A stretch of 53,298 bases of DNA from an uncultured Candidatus Saccharibacteria bacterium. GTDB taxonomy: Bacteria > Patescibacteriota > Minisyncoccia > UBA6257 > 2-01-FULL-56-20. Location of the stretch: assembly GCA_964360585.1 (NCBI GenBank), contig CAYHXC010000001.1, positions 87,907-141,204 of the forward strand, read 5' to 3'. The position numbers were made by a program, and so were the translations under genes. Shown in pieces: positions 37,203 to 46,367 of this stretch. Numbering within the stretch: the first letter of the stretch is position 1; each line of letters opens with the position of its first letter. The notes under the pieces were generated by a model. The model was not told the origin of the DNA, made no database searches, and was given only the letters and a program-made list of their open reading frames with translations.

Positions 37203-37805
37203 GTGCGTACAAATTTCTGGGATAAGGTCACTATGACCTGGGACACCCACGGTAGCAATTTTGGGACGAGTGTTCATTACGACGGACACTTGGATCATAA
37301 GTTGCACGATCCGAGGGTTTTCGGTTCCGGTGACGGTCTGATCCACGGCATCTTCGGTATTGAAGCCGTGTCCCTATACTCCAGGGATCTGACTCATCGA
37401 GCCGGAGAAATGAAGCTCAACATCCAACGACGAGGTCCCGCTCACCCTCCCAATCGGGAAGCTATCGTTAACTTTCTTCTCGCCAGATTTCAGTATGAGA
37501 CGGATCAGAGACATTTCAAGTACTGCCCCTCTGTCGTGGGACCGATCAATGAATCTTGGACGGAAACGATATTCACCGTATCGTTCATCCTGGGCAACGA
37601 CGAACATTTCTGCGACATGGCAATTGAGATTGCACGAGCGGTTTTCATCGCCTTGGGCGTTCACGATGAAAATGGCTACTATCTCGCCCGATTTGCTGTG
37701 AAGCGAGAAACGTTCGCTATGATTGATGCGTCATGGATAACCTTTCCCCGTTGGTTGCGAATGAAACATCGCCTACCAATCGTGGGACCAGAGGATCCGC
37801 TCTAG
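37203..37805 (+). CDS. Hypothetical protein
   Basis: 200-aa ORF with AAGGAGG SD before GTG; followed by a hairpin and T-tract. Confidence 0.65.
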   Translation: MRTNFWDKVTMTWDTHGSNFGTSVHYDGHLDHKLHDPRVFGSGDGLIHGIFGIEAVSLYSRDLTHRAGEMKLNIQRRGPAHPPNREAIVNFLLARFQYETDQRHFKYCPSVVGPINESWTETIFTVSFILGNDEHFCDMAIEIARAVFIALGVHDENGYYLARFAVKRETFAMIDASWITFPRWLRMKHRLPIVGPEDPL

Positions 37806-37834
37806 CCAGAAACCAAGGAGACACACACTGTCTT

Positions 37835-37879
37835 CTTTTTTATTTGACTCTCCTATCAAGAAGCATAGAATGAGGGCAT
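37835..37879 (+). promoter_or_regulatory. Repeated promoter-like motif TTGACT-N16-TAGAAT-GAGGGCAT, copy A
   Basis: 40/45 nt identical to 40659-40703; looser copy at 41671-41706. Confidence 0.75.
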
Positions 37880-37910
37880 AAAACTAACAAAAAACTGATA
37901 ACTTATAACT

Positions 37911-38039
37911 ATGAGATATACCCTCACCAAAGCATCGAATATTCCGAAAAAAGAAAAGTTTGGAATCAACTTGGATATCTACCCGAATAGAAAAAATGAA
38001 TCTGGTTCAAGAGTGGTGTCCTCCAAACCCGATATTTGA
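37911..38039 (+). pseudogene. 42-codon ORF, probable gene remnant
   Basis: MRYTLTKASNIPKKEKFGINLDIYPN... directly after the repeated promoter; short and apparently truncated. Confidence 0.4.
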
Positions 38040-38106
38040 TGATTAATCCTCATTCTCGATCTGCCACTGAACTCATTCTTTTATATTGCAATACAACGAC
38101 CACCGC

Positions 38107-39852
38107 ATGACCCAAGAGGAAGCGCTCGCCATTTTAAAAACTGGCGCCAGTGTATTTTTAACCGGTGAACCAGGCAGTGGGAAGTCTCACACGATTAATC
38201 GTTTCGTGACTTGGCTCCGAGAACATGATATTCGAGTAGCTATTACCGCTTCAACGGGTATCGCGGCCACGCACATTAGCGGATCGACTATTCACTCCTG
38301 GAGTGGCATCGGCGTAAGAAAAGAACTTACGAAATTTGACTTACAGCGGATTCTCAAAAATAAGAGTGCGGTACGTCGCATACGGGACGCGCGCACGCTT
38401 ATTATTGACGAGATTTCGATGCTCTCCGCGAATACCTTCACCTTAGCCGAAACCACCTGTCGAGTGATCCGAGGTAACTCGATGCCTTTTGGCGGACTGC
38501 AGGTTGTACTGGTAGGAGACTTTTTTCAGCTTCCGCCTATCATCGCTCGCGACGAGGAAGATAATCTGAAGGGTGCTCCCTCTGAAATCCTGATGACTGA
38601 AAAACAAAATAGTTTTGCATTTAACGCGCCTGCCTGGCATGCCCTCAATTTACATACCTGCTATCTCAGTGAACAGTACCGGCAAGATGATACAAAGTTT
38701 CTTGAGATTCTCTCGGCAATTCGTTCTGGGCGAGTGTCGGCAGAACATCGCAATACGCTTGAAACACGACTTGCGCGTCAAGTAACGGACGGTACCACAC
38801 AATTTTTCTCGCATAACGCCGAGGTTGATCGTGTGAATAGCGCTAAACTAGAACAACTGTCTGGAGAAGCGCTCTTATTCGCCATGGAAAGCCATGGACC
38901 GAAGCAACTCGTACTGCGTCTCAAAAACGGATGCCTCTCGCCCGAAACCCTCGCGCTTAAAGTTGGCGCCCGGGTAATGTTCACAAAAAATGATACGAGA
39001 CAGCATCGTTTCGTAAATGGAACGCTCGGTACAGTTATTGGATTTTCAAAAGAAAATGATGGCCCGATCGTAAAAACAAACACAGGATTGAACATAGTTG
39101 CAGAACCAGTTGATTGGAGCATGGAAGAGGGTGGACGAGTTCTTGCCAGTGTTACCCAAATTCCTCTTCGGCTCGCCTGGGCTATTACCGTGCATAAAAG
39201 CCAGGGGATGTCTCTGGATGCCGCGCATATGGATCTGAGAGACACTTTCGAGTACGGACAAGGATATGTGGCAATCTCCCGCGTGCGAACTCTGGCCGGA
39301 CTTTCCCTCGTCGGTTTTAATGAACGCGCGCTTGAAGTGCACCCGGATATTGCCGCTCAGGATATTCAGTTTCGCGAAGCCTCGCGTAACACGCAAGAAC
39401 ATTTTGAAAGTACCCCGCACGAAAAAGTTGATCAGCAACACAATGATTTTATTGTGCGGTGCGGCGGCAGTTTGAAACCAATTGAGAATATAACGCCAGC
39501 AGATCATCATGCTCATACCGCCAAAACTCTCCAAAAGGAACACCGATGGGAACACACGCTCACTCTGATTCGAGAAGGAAAAAGCCTAGAAGAAACGGCC
39601 GGTGCACGAGGGCGAAAAACCGAGACCATCCTTCAACACCTTGAAGAGCTCCTCACTCTCAATAAATTGCGCTATTCGGATATTTCACATCTTGCAAGAG
39701 GAAAAGAAAATATAATCGCAGAAATTCATAACTCGTTTGAGCAGTTTGGCATTGAACGTCTCAAACCAACCTATGACGCTTTCAACGGACGTTTCCCATA
39801 TCAGGTAATCCGTTTAGCGCGACTACTTTTTAAGAGCAATGGCGTGATATAA
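38107..39852 (+). CDS. Pif1-family 5'-3' DNA helicase with C-terminal HTH domain
   Basis: FLTGEPGSGKS, TASTGIAA, LIIDEISM, PFGG.Q..LVGDFFQLPP, LAWAITVHKSQG and GQGYVAISR motifs. Confidence 0.92.
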   Translation: MTQEEALAILKTGASVFLTGEPGSGKSHTINRFVTWLREHDIRVAITASTGIAATHISGSTIHSWSGIGVRKELTKFDLQRILKNKSAVRRIRDARTLIIDEISMLSANTFTLAETTCRVIRGNSMPFGGLQVVLVGDFFQLPPIIARDEEDNLKGAPSEILMTEKQNSFAFNAPAWHALNLHTCYLSEQYRQDDTKFLEILSAIRSGRVSAEHRNTLETRLARQVTDGTTQFFSHNAEVDRVNSAKLEQLSGEALLFAMESHGPKQLVLRLKNGCLSPETLALKVGARVMFTKNDTRQHRFVNGTLGTVIGFSKENDGPIVKTNTGLNIVAEPVDWSMEEGGRVLASVTQIPLRLAWAITVHKSQGMSLDAAHMDLRDTFEYGQGYVAISRVRTLAGLSLVGFNERALEVHPDIAAQDIQFREASRNTQEHFESTPHEKVDQQHNDFIVRCGGSLKPIENITPADHHAHTAKTLQKEHRWEHTLTLIREGKSLEETAGARGRKTETILQHLEELLTLNKLRYSDISHLARGKENIIAEIHNSFEQFGIERLKPTYDAFNGRFPYQVIRLARLLFKSNGVI

Positions 39853-39856
39853 CACC

Positions 39857-40591
39857 ATGGATTATAAAACACCAGAGCAAGTAGAAAAAGAATTGCAGGC
39901 GCTCCTAGAAAAACATAAGCTTTCTCATAAGTTATCCATTACGCAAATCAAGCAATGGGTTTTTGAGGAACGGGATGATAAAAATGATTCTCCGCTACAG
40001 GCCTCGAACGCATTCCAAAAGCGATGTATGCGGTATTTCTCACGCGTCAGATCAGATGACGAGTTTTTCACGATTATGCAAACTCTGACTGACGCCTGGA
40101 ATTATTTCCCTCACCAAGTTCTTTCTGGAAAATCACCGTGGCAGGTGATTCAGAAGGAGTCAAAGAAACACCCGATGTCACAGTCGGAGCGTACAATGCC
40201 AGACGTTGTTGTGGGCGGACAAACTATGCGATGGGAAGAGTACGAAGCAATTCTTGCCGAGATGGAACGCCTGCAGGTCCCCTTTAAGAATCGGATTGAA
40301 ACGGATATTCTTCCAAACTACAAAAGGTATCTCCAACTAAAAGCGGGAAAGAAAACCGTGTTAAAACACACGAGAGTTGCCGAACTATTCTTTGATCGAG
40401 TTCTTCATGTTGGATTCATTAGACTGGACGAAGTACGTTCTGCCTTTATTCAGAAAGAATTTCCCCTCTGGTGGCAAACTCACGTAATGATGGATAACCT
40501 CAACGAACGCGAGGTTCTCTCATCACTGAAAAAACTGTTTGAATTCGTAAGCGAGCGATATGCAATTGATATCGGACAGTTTGGTTTCTGA
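39857..40591 (+). CDS. Hypothetical protein
   Basis: 244-aa ORF starting 4 nt after the helicase; AWNYFPH..L.GKSP motif. Confidence 0.7.
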   Translation: MDYKTPEQVEKELQALLEKHKLSHKLSITQIKQWVFEERDDKNDSPLQASNAFQKRCMRYFSRVRSDDEFFTIMQTLTDAWNYFPHQVLSGKSPWQVIQKESKKHPMSQSERTMPDVVVGGQTMRWEEYEAILAEMERLQVPFKNRIETDILPNYKRYLQLKAGKKTVLKHTRVAELFFDRVLHVGFIRLDEVRSAFIQKEFPLWWQTHVMMDNLNEREVLSSLKKLFEFVSERYAIDIGQFGF

Positions 40592-40658
40592 TTACTCTAT
40601 TTTCCTATATCCTTTGATCCAAGCTGCGGGAAAAAGTCGAGGAAACAAACAATGCCTC

Positions 40659-40703
40659 CTTTTTTATTTGACTCCCCTCGCGAGAGGCATAGAATGAGGG
40701 CAT
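40659..40703 (+). promoter_or_regulatory. Repeated promoter-like motif, copy B
   Basis: CTTTTTTATTTGACTCCCCTCGCGAGAGGCATAGAATGAGGGCAT. Confidence 0.75.
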
Positions 40704-40708
40704 TCATT

Positions 40709-41032
40709 ATGTCCGATCTTATTATTGGTAAAGGAAATTTAACTGGGAAAGGAGTCTACGCTGGCCGAGATTTCAAGAAAGGTGAGGTCGTTAGTAAATA
40801 CAGTCTTAAGGAATTAACGGAGAAAGAGTACCAAAAACTACCAGAAAGTGAAAAAGTGTTCACGCATTATCACTGGGGGGTCATATACCTTTATTTGGAA
40901 CCGGATAGGTACGTGAACCATTCAGAAACACCGAACACGCATCAGGACCATAAAAATCAGTGCGACGTCGCCGCGCGAGACATCAAAAAAGGAGAGATGA
41001 TTACCTGCGACGCCACAAAGGATGACATTTAA
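40709..41032 (+). CDS. SET-domain protein
   Basis: GKGVYA.RDFKKGEVV, RYVNHS..PN and AARDIKKGEMITCD motifs; start refined to MSDLII. Confidence 0.85.
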   Translation: MSDLIIGKGNLTGKGVYAGRDFKKGEVVSKYSLKELTEKEYQKLPESEKVFTHYHWGVIYLYLEPDRYVNHSETPNTHQDHKNQCDVAARDIKKGEMITCDATKDDI

Positions 41033-41037
41033 ATTTC

Positions 41038-41604
41038 ATGGAAATTACTTTCATTACTGGAAACGCTTCTAAGGCTGCACAACTTGCAAGACATTTGGAG
41101 TATCCAATAACACACAAAAAACTTGATCTGGCTGAAATACAGTCATTGGATCTGCGCGAGATTGTTGAGCACAAAGCACGGGAAGCATACAAGCAGATCC
41201 ACACTACAGTCCTTGTGGAGGATACGTCGCTCACCTTTCGCGCTCTGGGTAAACTGCCAGGGCCACTTATTAAATGGTTTCTTACAGAGCTTGATAATCA
41301 TGGCCTTTGCAAGATACTCGATGGGTACGAAAACCGAGACGCGCTCGCTCAAGTTTGCTTCGGCCTTTACGATGGCAAAGATCTTCACTTCTTTGAGGGA
41401 CGAACGGAGGGTACTATCGTGAAAAATCCTAAAGGCGAACGTGGATTCGGCTGGGATCCGATATTCGTACCAAAAGGACATAAGAAAACCTGGGGAGAAA
41501 TGAACCTAGAAGAGCAAAATAAAACATCAATGCGAAGAATAGCTTTGAAGAAGTTAGAGAATTTTTTAAAAGGCAAACCCGTACAGCCGCCCAAAAGATT
41601 TTGA
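41038..41604 (+). CDS. Non-canonical purine NTP pyrophosphatase (Ham1/RdgB/ITPase)
   Basis: FITGN..K, EIQ, VEDT.L...ALG.LPGP.IKWF, FGWDPIF and KTSMR motifs. Confidence 0.92.
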   Translation: MEITFITGNASKAAQLARHLEYPITHKKLDLAEIQSLDLREIVEHKAREAYKQIHTTVLVEDTSLTFRALGKLPGPLIKWFLTELDNHGLCKILDGYENRDALAQVCFGLYDGKDLHFFEGRTEGTIVKNPKGERGFGWDPIFVPKGHKKTWGEMNLEEQNKTSMRRIALKKLENFLKGKPVQPPKRF

Positions 41605-41713
41605 GGATATCAAAATGGTGAAAGATTATCTTGCCAGGAACTGAGCTCTAGGTTTTAGAATTTATATACATATTTGACTCCTACTCCCAGCAGACTAAAA
41701 TGAGGCAACTGTT

Positions 41714-41947
41714 ATGAATATAGGGGAGACGCACAACAAGCATTTATTATGGGTTCTAGAGAAGATCTACAAAGAATCCTTAATAACCCGTAAAGATTCT
41801 CCTATAGAATATTGGATCAACTTCGACAATTTAAATAAGAACGATGAATCTCCTAACCCCCGAGAAGAAGCGAAACTACTGGAGAAATGCGAAGAAATGG
41901 GACTGATTCAAATATTAAACAGAGGCGGAACATGGGAATATGAATAA
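41714..41947 (+). CDS. Hypothetical protein (possibly the N-terminal part of a split gene)
   Basis: AT-rich 77-aa ORF after promoter copy C; overlaps the next ORF by 8 nt. Confidence 0.5.
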   Translation: MNIGETHNKHLLWVLEKIYKESLITRKDSPIEYWINFDNLNKNDESPNPREEAKLLEKCEEMGLIQILNRGGTWEYE

Positions 41948-42332
41948 GTTGTATAAAATAAAAATTATTAACACAAAATTCGAGGCGCACTATACATCTT
42001 TAAAATCTCTTTACCCCTCGGAGAAGAAAACTGAAAGCCTTTCCCCTACCCTAGAAGGAAACCTGTACTCGGGTATATCTATTAACGCAAAAAATATTGA
42101 AAACAACGGCTTAATAACTGGACCCTTAGTAGATATAACTACAAATAATTACTCAGGCAGTGGTGAAATTTCAAGTTTTCCAAAACACAAGAATCCAGAA
42201 CCCAAACAAAATTTCCTTGAGAGAATAACTAACAATCAAACTTTTGCCATGGTTGCAGGCACAGTGATCGCGCTTTTGACACTGTATGCTATATACCATT
42301 ATTTCGGAGTGAACCTTTCTCAATTTAGTTAG
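41940..42332 (+). CDS. Hypothetical protein with C-terminal TM segment
   Basis: AT-rich 130-aa ORF. Confidence 0.55.
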   Translation: MNKLYKIKIINTKFEAHYTSLKSLYPSEKKTESLSPTLEGNLYSGISINAKNIENNGLITGPLVDITTNNYSGSGEISSFPKHKNPEPKQNFLERITNNQTFAMVAGTVIALLTLYAIYHYFGVNLSQFS

Positions 42333-42352
42333 AAGATTTTTAATAATCCTAA

Positions 42353-42955
42353 ATGTTCAAGGCAACTTTGTTTGATGTGGATGGCGTAGTGCTTCAACCG
42401 AGAAAAGAGTTCTTCAGCTTGAAGTTCGCGCGAGAGCAAGGGATTCCCAAAGAGGCGGTCGAGGAGTTTTTTCTTGGAGACTTCAAGAAATGTCCTCTCG
42501 GTCAGGGTGATTTAAAAGAGCTGATCACTCCCTACCTCCCTAAATGGAAATGGGATAAGGGTGTCGATGCATTTCTGAAATACTGGTTCGACAGCGAGAA
42601 CGAGAAAAACGAGGAGGTGCTTAAGTTAGTCGCCGATCTGCGTAGCAAAGGCATTAAGTGCTACTTAGCTACTCAACAGGAAAAGTATCGGCTCCAGTAT
42701 CTTCTCGATACTATCGGTCTTAAAAACTACTTCGACGGCGCGTTCTCTACCTGCGAGGTTGGGTGCGAAAAAAAACAACCGGAGTTCCATATGTTTGTTT
42801 TAAAAAAACTTGGCCTTAATCCTTCGGAAATTCTCTATTTCGATGACAATGAGAAAAATATTCAAACAGCTCGCCAGCTCGGCATTGAGGCTTATATATA
42901 TGAAAACTTGGAAACATTAAAACAACAAACGAATCAAGGATCTTATCCCTCATAA
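42353..42955 (+). CDS. HAD-superfamily hydrolase (subfamily IA)
   Basis: LFDVDGV, LAT, K..PE and YFDD.EKN...AR.LGI motifs. Confidence 0.9.
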   Translation: MFKATLFDVDGVVLQPRKEFFSLKFAREQGIPKEAVEEFFLGDFKKCPLGQGDLKELITPYLPKWKWDKGVDAFLKYWFDSENEKNEEVLKLVADLRSKGIKCYLATQQEKYRLQYLLDTIGLKNYFDGAFSTCEVGCEKKQPEFHMFVLKKLGLNPSEILYFDDNEKNIQTARQLGIEAYIYENLETLKQQTNQGSYPS

Positions 42956-43004
42956 AAATATATAGGTGTTTGCCTCTTTAATTTGGGAGTTTTATCATGT
43001 TTAT

Positions 43005-43406
43005 ATGAGACATATAGAATCATACCAACCAGATACTAACCGAGAAGTAGAAGAAAATGAGATCGAAGAGGCGCTCCACAACGCTGGTCTAAACTTAAAA
43101 GCTCCCCGTCCAGAAACCGAGGCATATAAGCGGCTTTATGCGGCGGCTGAAGAATACATGCGATCTGTACTGAACCACGGCAAAGCAAGTATTCCTCCGC
43201 AATTCCGTCCGGACGGAGAAAATTACTTCCGGCCAAAACCAAAAATGATTAACCCTGCAGAGGATATCCGGCGTGAACATCACAATACCTTAGCGAAATT
43301 ACTATTCGGGAAACCCGTTAATGAATTGCCACGTGCAGAGCGAGACAAAATCAGTAATTTTTCCGCTTATCTCACCGGACACGTCGATTATGTCGACCAG
43401 TGGTAA
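43005..43406 (+). CDS. Hypothetical protein
   Basis: Start refined to MRHIES, 6 nt after TATCAT, with TTGCCT 17 nt further upstream. Confidence 0.65.
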   Translation: MRHIESYQPDTNREVEENEIEEALHNAGLNLKAPRPETEAYKRLYAAAEEYMRSVLNHGKASIPPQFRPDGENYFRPKPKMINPAEDIRREHHNTLAKLLFGKPVNELPRAERDKISNFSAYLTGHVDYVDQW

Positions 43407-43423
43407 GCTCTACGGGTTGGTTG

Positions 43424-43452
43424 ATATGTCCCCTCTCCTTACATTAGCCACC
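43424..43452. repeat. 29-bp direct repeat, copy 1 (copy 2 at 44365-44393)
   Basis: ATATGTCCCCTCTCCTTACATTAGCCACC vs ATATGTCCTCTCTCCTCACATTAGCCACC, 27/29 identical. Confidence 0.85.
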
Positions 43453-43491
43453 CGTCTTGCTCATGATGTTTTTTCATGCTAGATTCAGCAC

Positions 43492-43689
43492 ATGTCTCAT
43501 CAGATTGCAACAATATCAAAAAAGGTAAGCGGTGGGGAAGAGCTCATCGTCGTGAAGAAGAAGGACTTCGAGCAGTTTATGAAATGGCAGGAAGAGATGC
43601 GCGATGTTTTGACCAAGGTGCGGCGCGGCCGCGCAGAGTATCGAAGTAAAAAAACGATCGTAGCGGATTCACCAAAAAGATTTCGGTAA
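43492..43689 (+). CDS. Putative type II antitoxin
   Basis: 65 aa, immediately upstream of the RelE-like toxin; own promoter TTGCTC-17-TAGATT. Confidence 0.7.
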   Translation: MSHQIATISKKVSGGEELIVVKKKDFEQFMKWQEEMRDVLTKVRRGRAEYRSKKTIVADSPKRFR

Positions 43690-43697
43690 TTTCTGAT

Positions 43698-43964
43698 ATG
43701 GGTGGAATCAACGTCATCCATTATACTTCGGACTTCCGTAAGGCGTACAAGAAGTTGCCTCACGAGATACAAAACACGATCGACCGAAAAGACAAGATTT
43801 TTCGTGGAAATCCTTTTCAGCCTAGTCTAAAGACGCACAAGCTCCACGGTCCATTGAGTGGTCTGTGGTCATTTTGGATTACGCGAGACTATCGAATTCT
43901 TTTTGAATTTGTAAAAGACGGCGCAATCTTTCACGATATCGGAACACACGAAATATACCGATAA
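43698..43964 (+). CDS. Type II toxin, RelE/StbE/YafQ-like mRNA interferase
   Basis: F.KAYKKL, F..NPF.PSLKTHKL.G.L.G.WSF.I..DYRI.F and DIGTHEIY motifs. Confidence 0.88.
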   Translation: MGGINVIHYTSDFRKAYKKLPHEIQNTIDRKDKIFRGNPFQPSLKTHKLHGPLSGLWSFWITRDYRILFEFVKDGAIFHDIGTHEIYR

Positions 43965-43980
43965 CTCCAGATAAAGGTGT

Positions 43981-44265
43981 AGAACTCATCTCGAAAATAG
44001 CTCCGTCGCGTTCCCCTTTCGTTTCTCCGTCCATCAAGGCACGACCTGCCGGCAGGCAGGCGAGGAGACATAGGCCTGAGTCTAGGCTCCGAGGAGTAAC
44101 GAAGATGGCGGAGAAACGAAAGAGAACCGGAAGGATAGGAAATACCCTGGCGGAGACATTGTTCCTGCGTTCTCGATGTACCGTTGGGTACACCTTCGAA
44201 CTGGCGCCTCGTCTTCGCCAGGGTATTTCACTATCGCGACAGGATATATTTTTGAGATGAGTTCT
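43981..44265. mobile_element. MITE-like structured element, family B, copy 2, with a nested hairpin module and palindrome
   Basis: 18/19-bp TIR AGAACTCATCTC(G/A)AAAATA with TA at both edges; minus strand is collinear with 29807-29985; CCTGCCGGCAGGCAGG at 44045-44060. Confidence 0.75.
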
Positions 44266-44366
44266 AGTCAGAAAAAGTGCTACCCAAAAAGTCATCGAGA
44301 ACTTGAAGTAAGACGATCCGGAGGCTGATTTAATAATCAAACGATCAACAGCCTAGTACGCAATAT

Positions 44367-45047
44367 ATGTCCTCTCTCCTCACATTAGCCACCGATCCAC
44401 ATCAGTACGAAGGTGTCGACGGTAAAAACTGGCAAGACACTGCCGTCGATGCGGCTTCACCTCGGAATCGTCTCTATCTAAAATACTTGGAAGGAATAAA
44501 TTGGCACGGGAAAAAGATTCTGGATGTCGGTTCAGGAACCGGTTGGCTTTATCCTCATCTCATGCAAACGGGCGCAACATCTGTGCGCGGCATCGAACCA
44601 GCTCACAATCACGTCGCCCTATCGCGAAAAAATCATCCGGAGTTTGAAGTTTTTGAAGGCACGCTCGATGAGTATGAAACAAACGAACAGTTCGACGCGA
44701 TTCTTTTTATTATGGTCCTCGTTCATATCGGAGATATTGGAAAAACGTTCGAGAAGGCATCACAACTCCTTTCACCAAGCGGAAAGATAATCGCTATGGT
44801 GACACACTTTTACGAAAACTCAGAAACGCGCGCCAAGCGAAATGGCAAAGAATACGACGTTGAAATCATTGATGATAACCAGTACACCGATAAAGCCAGG
44901 GCGCCAGGATCCGTAACGGATATTGTCCGTCGGATAAAATATTATGAACGTATCGCCCCTCAACACGGGTTGATCCTTTCTGAACATACGGAGTTCGCTG
45001 AAGAAAATCACTCCCCGAAACATTTACTTGTTTTCAATAAAAAATAG
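44367..45047 (+). CDS. Class I SAM-dependent methyltransferase
   Basis: ILDVGSGTG, GIEP, FDAI...MVLVHI and L.P.G motifs. Confidence 0.85.
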   Translation: MSSLLTLATDPHQYEGVDGKNWQDTAVDAASPRNRLYLKYLEGINWHGKKILDVGSGTGWLYPHLMQTGATSVRGIEPAHNHVALSRKNHPEFEVFEGTLDEYETNEQFDAILFIMVLVHIGDIGKTFEKASQLLSPSGKIIAMVTHFYENSETRAKRNGKEYDVEIIDDNQYTDKARAPGSVTDIVRRIKYYERIAPQHGLILSEHTEFAEENHSPKHLLVFNKK

Positions 45048-45113
45048 ACGCCTTTACAACCGCCTCTAATAGGAGGAAAATCCTGGTAGTTATCTGACAT
45101 AAGGAGGCTACGC

Positions 45114-46334
45114 ATGAGAAACCGTTGGTCTGTGGTTTGTCTCTTCGCCTTTCTTCTCTTTGCACCTCTCGCCGCTCACGGACAGAAAGTATCTCTTGAT
45201 GAGGTGTGGTGGAAACTTTCCGAAGAACCGTGCCTGCGCTCGATTGTGGAAAAACGGGATGCAGAGCTGGGTATGCTCATCTATCTTCTCCATAGTCGTC
45301 ATCGCTACCACTACCCGCTTCGTGATTTTTGCTTTAACGGCAAATCGTTTACACGGGAAGAAATTCAGGGCTTCATGGACAAGTGGTCGTACATCAAAGA
45401 AAAGAAAAAGAAAACTCGCTCATCGCCGCCCACGTTTAATCTCAGGTTTATGGTGGTCGATGGCCTGCCCCTTCTCATTTATGTTGACCGAGACGGCCCC
45501 GCTTTCGAAGCTGGTCTTCGACGTGGCGATCTTCTCATGAGTCTGGACGGCACGCGCTTCAGAGGAATGAATCAGGCTCTAAAACTATTTTCCCTTCCGC
45601 CAGGAAGAGTGGCAACGATCGCATTCTGGAGAGATGGGATTACGCGCCACACTGAGGTCGACACTCGCGTTTCCCGAACGCCGACCTATCGAATGTACCG
45701 GTTTGGATCCTACGTCTATCTCGAAGTGAACGAACTCCGTATGGATTACCAAAGAATTCGACACGACCTTCGGCGCGCCTACCTCGACTTTCCTTTTAGC
45801 GGCATCATTCTGGATTTTCAGGGCTGCATCGGAGGATACGTGTACGAGGCTGAGCTCGTCAGCGGATGGTTTCTTGGTGACACAACGAACTATCTTGAAA
45901 CCGTACCGACCAAGAACACTTACTTCCAAGAGGTGCAGACGCTTACCATCAAGGACCATCTCCTCGAACAGACCCTCAAATCAGTACCTCTTGTAGTATT
46001 GGTCAGTAGGGACACTTTCTCGGCTTGCGAGATTATCGCGGGAGCAGTTCAACATCATAAGCGGGCGCTCCTTATCGGCAGTCGAACAGGTGGCAAAGGA
46101 ACGATCCTCACTCCATTTGACTGGACTGCGGGAAGAAAACTATTCCTCGCTACTTCCCTTTGGTACACTCCCAACGGAACCACTGTTGAAGATCGCGGAC
46201 TAGATCCTGACCTTGGTCCGGAAAGCCATCCTGAGGTAATTGAGAAATTCCGTAATACTTGCGATGATGCCTGTGATCTTCTGGAGCACCCGGAGATGCA
46301 GACTGCTTTCTACCTGCTTGATCGTATGCAGTAA
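45114..46334 (+). CDS. S41 family C-terminal processing peptidase (PDZ + S41), secreted
   Basis: Signal peptide, GPA.EAGLRRGD (PDZ), VLVS..TFSACE (Ser), GSRT.GKG (Lys) and WYTPNG....GL.PD motifs. Confidence 0.85.
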   Translation: MRNRWSVVCLFAFLLFAPLAAHGQKVSLDEVWWKLSEEPCLRSIVEKRDAELGMLIYLLHSRHRYHYPLRDFCFNGKSFTREEIQGFMDKWSYIKEKKKKTRSSPPTFNLRFMVVDGLPLLIYVDRDGPAFEAGLRRGDLLMSLDGTRFRGMNQALKLFSLPPGRVATIAFWRDGITRHTEVDTRVSRTPTYRMYRFGSYVYLEVNELRMDYQRIRHDLRRAYLDFPFSGIILDFQGCIGGYVYEAELVSGWFLGDTTNYLETVPTKNTYFQEVQTLTIKDHLLEQTLKSVPLVVLVSRDTFSACEIIAGAVQHHKRALLIGSRTGGKGTILTPFDWTAGRKLFLATSLWYTPNGTTVEDRGLDPDLGPESHPEVIEKFRNTCDDACDLLEHPEMQTAFYLLDRMQ

Positions 46335-46338
46335 AACC

Positions 46339-46366
46339 AAAACCCACTTTTCCAAGTGGGTTTTTT
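46339..46366. terminator. Bidirectional terminator
   Basis: AAAACCCACTT-TTCC-AAGTGGGTTTTTT between convergent genes. Confidence 0.85.
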
Positions 46367-46367
46367 A

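Noticed and set aside
38107-40591. Pif1 helicase plus hypothetical protein as an anti-phage system
   Set aside because: Pif1-like helicases are common in CPR genomes, and no nuclease or known defence motif is visible in the partner.
43879-44340. 153-aa minus-strand ORF
   Set aside because: It spans the palindromic element (LLACLPAGR is the translated palindrome) and overlaps the toxin antisense.
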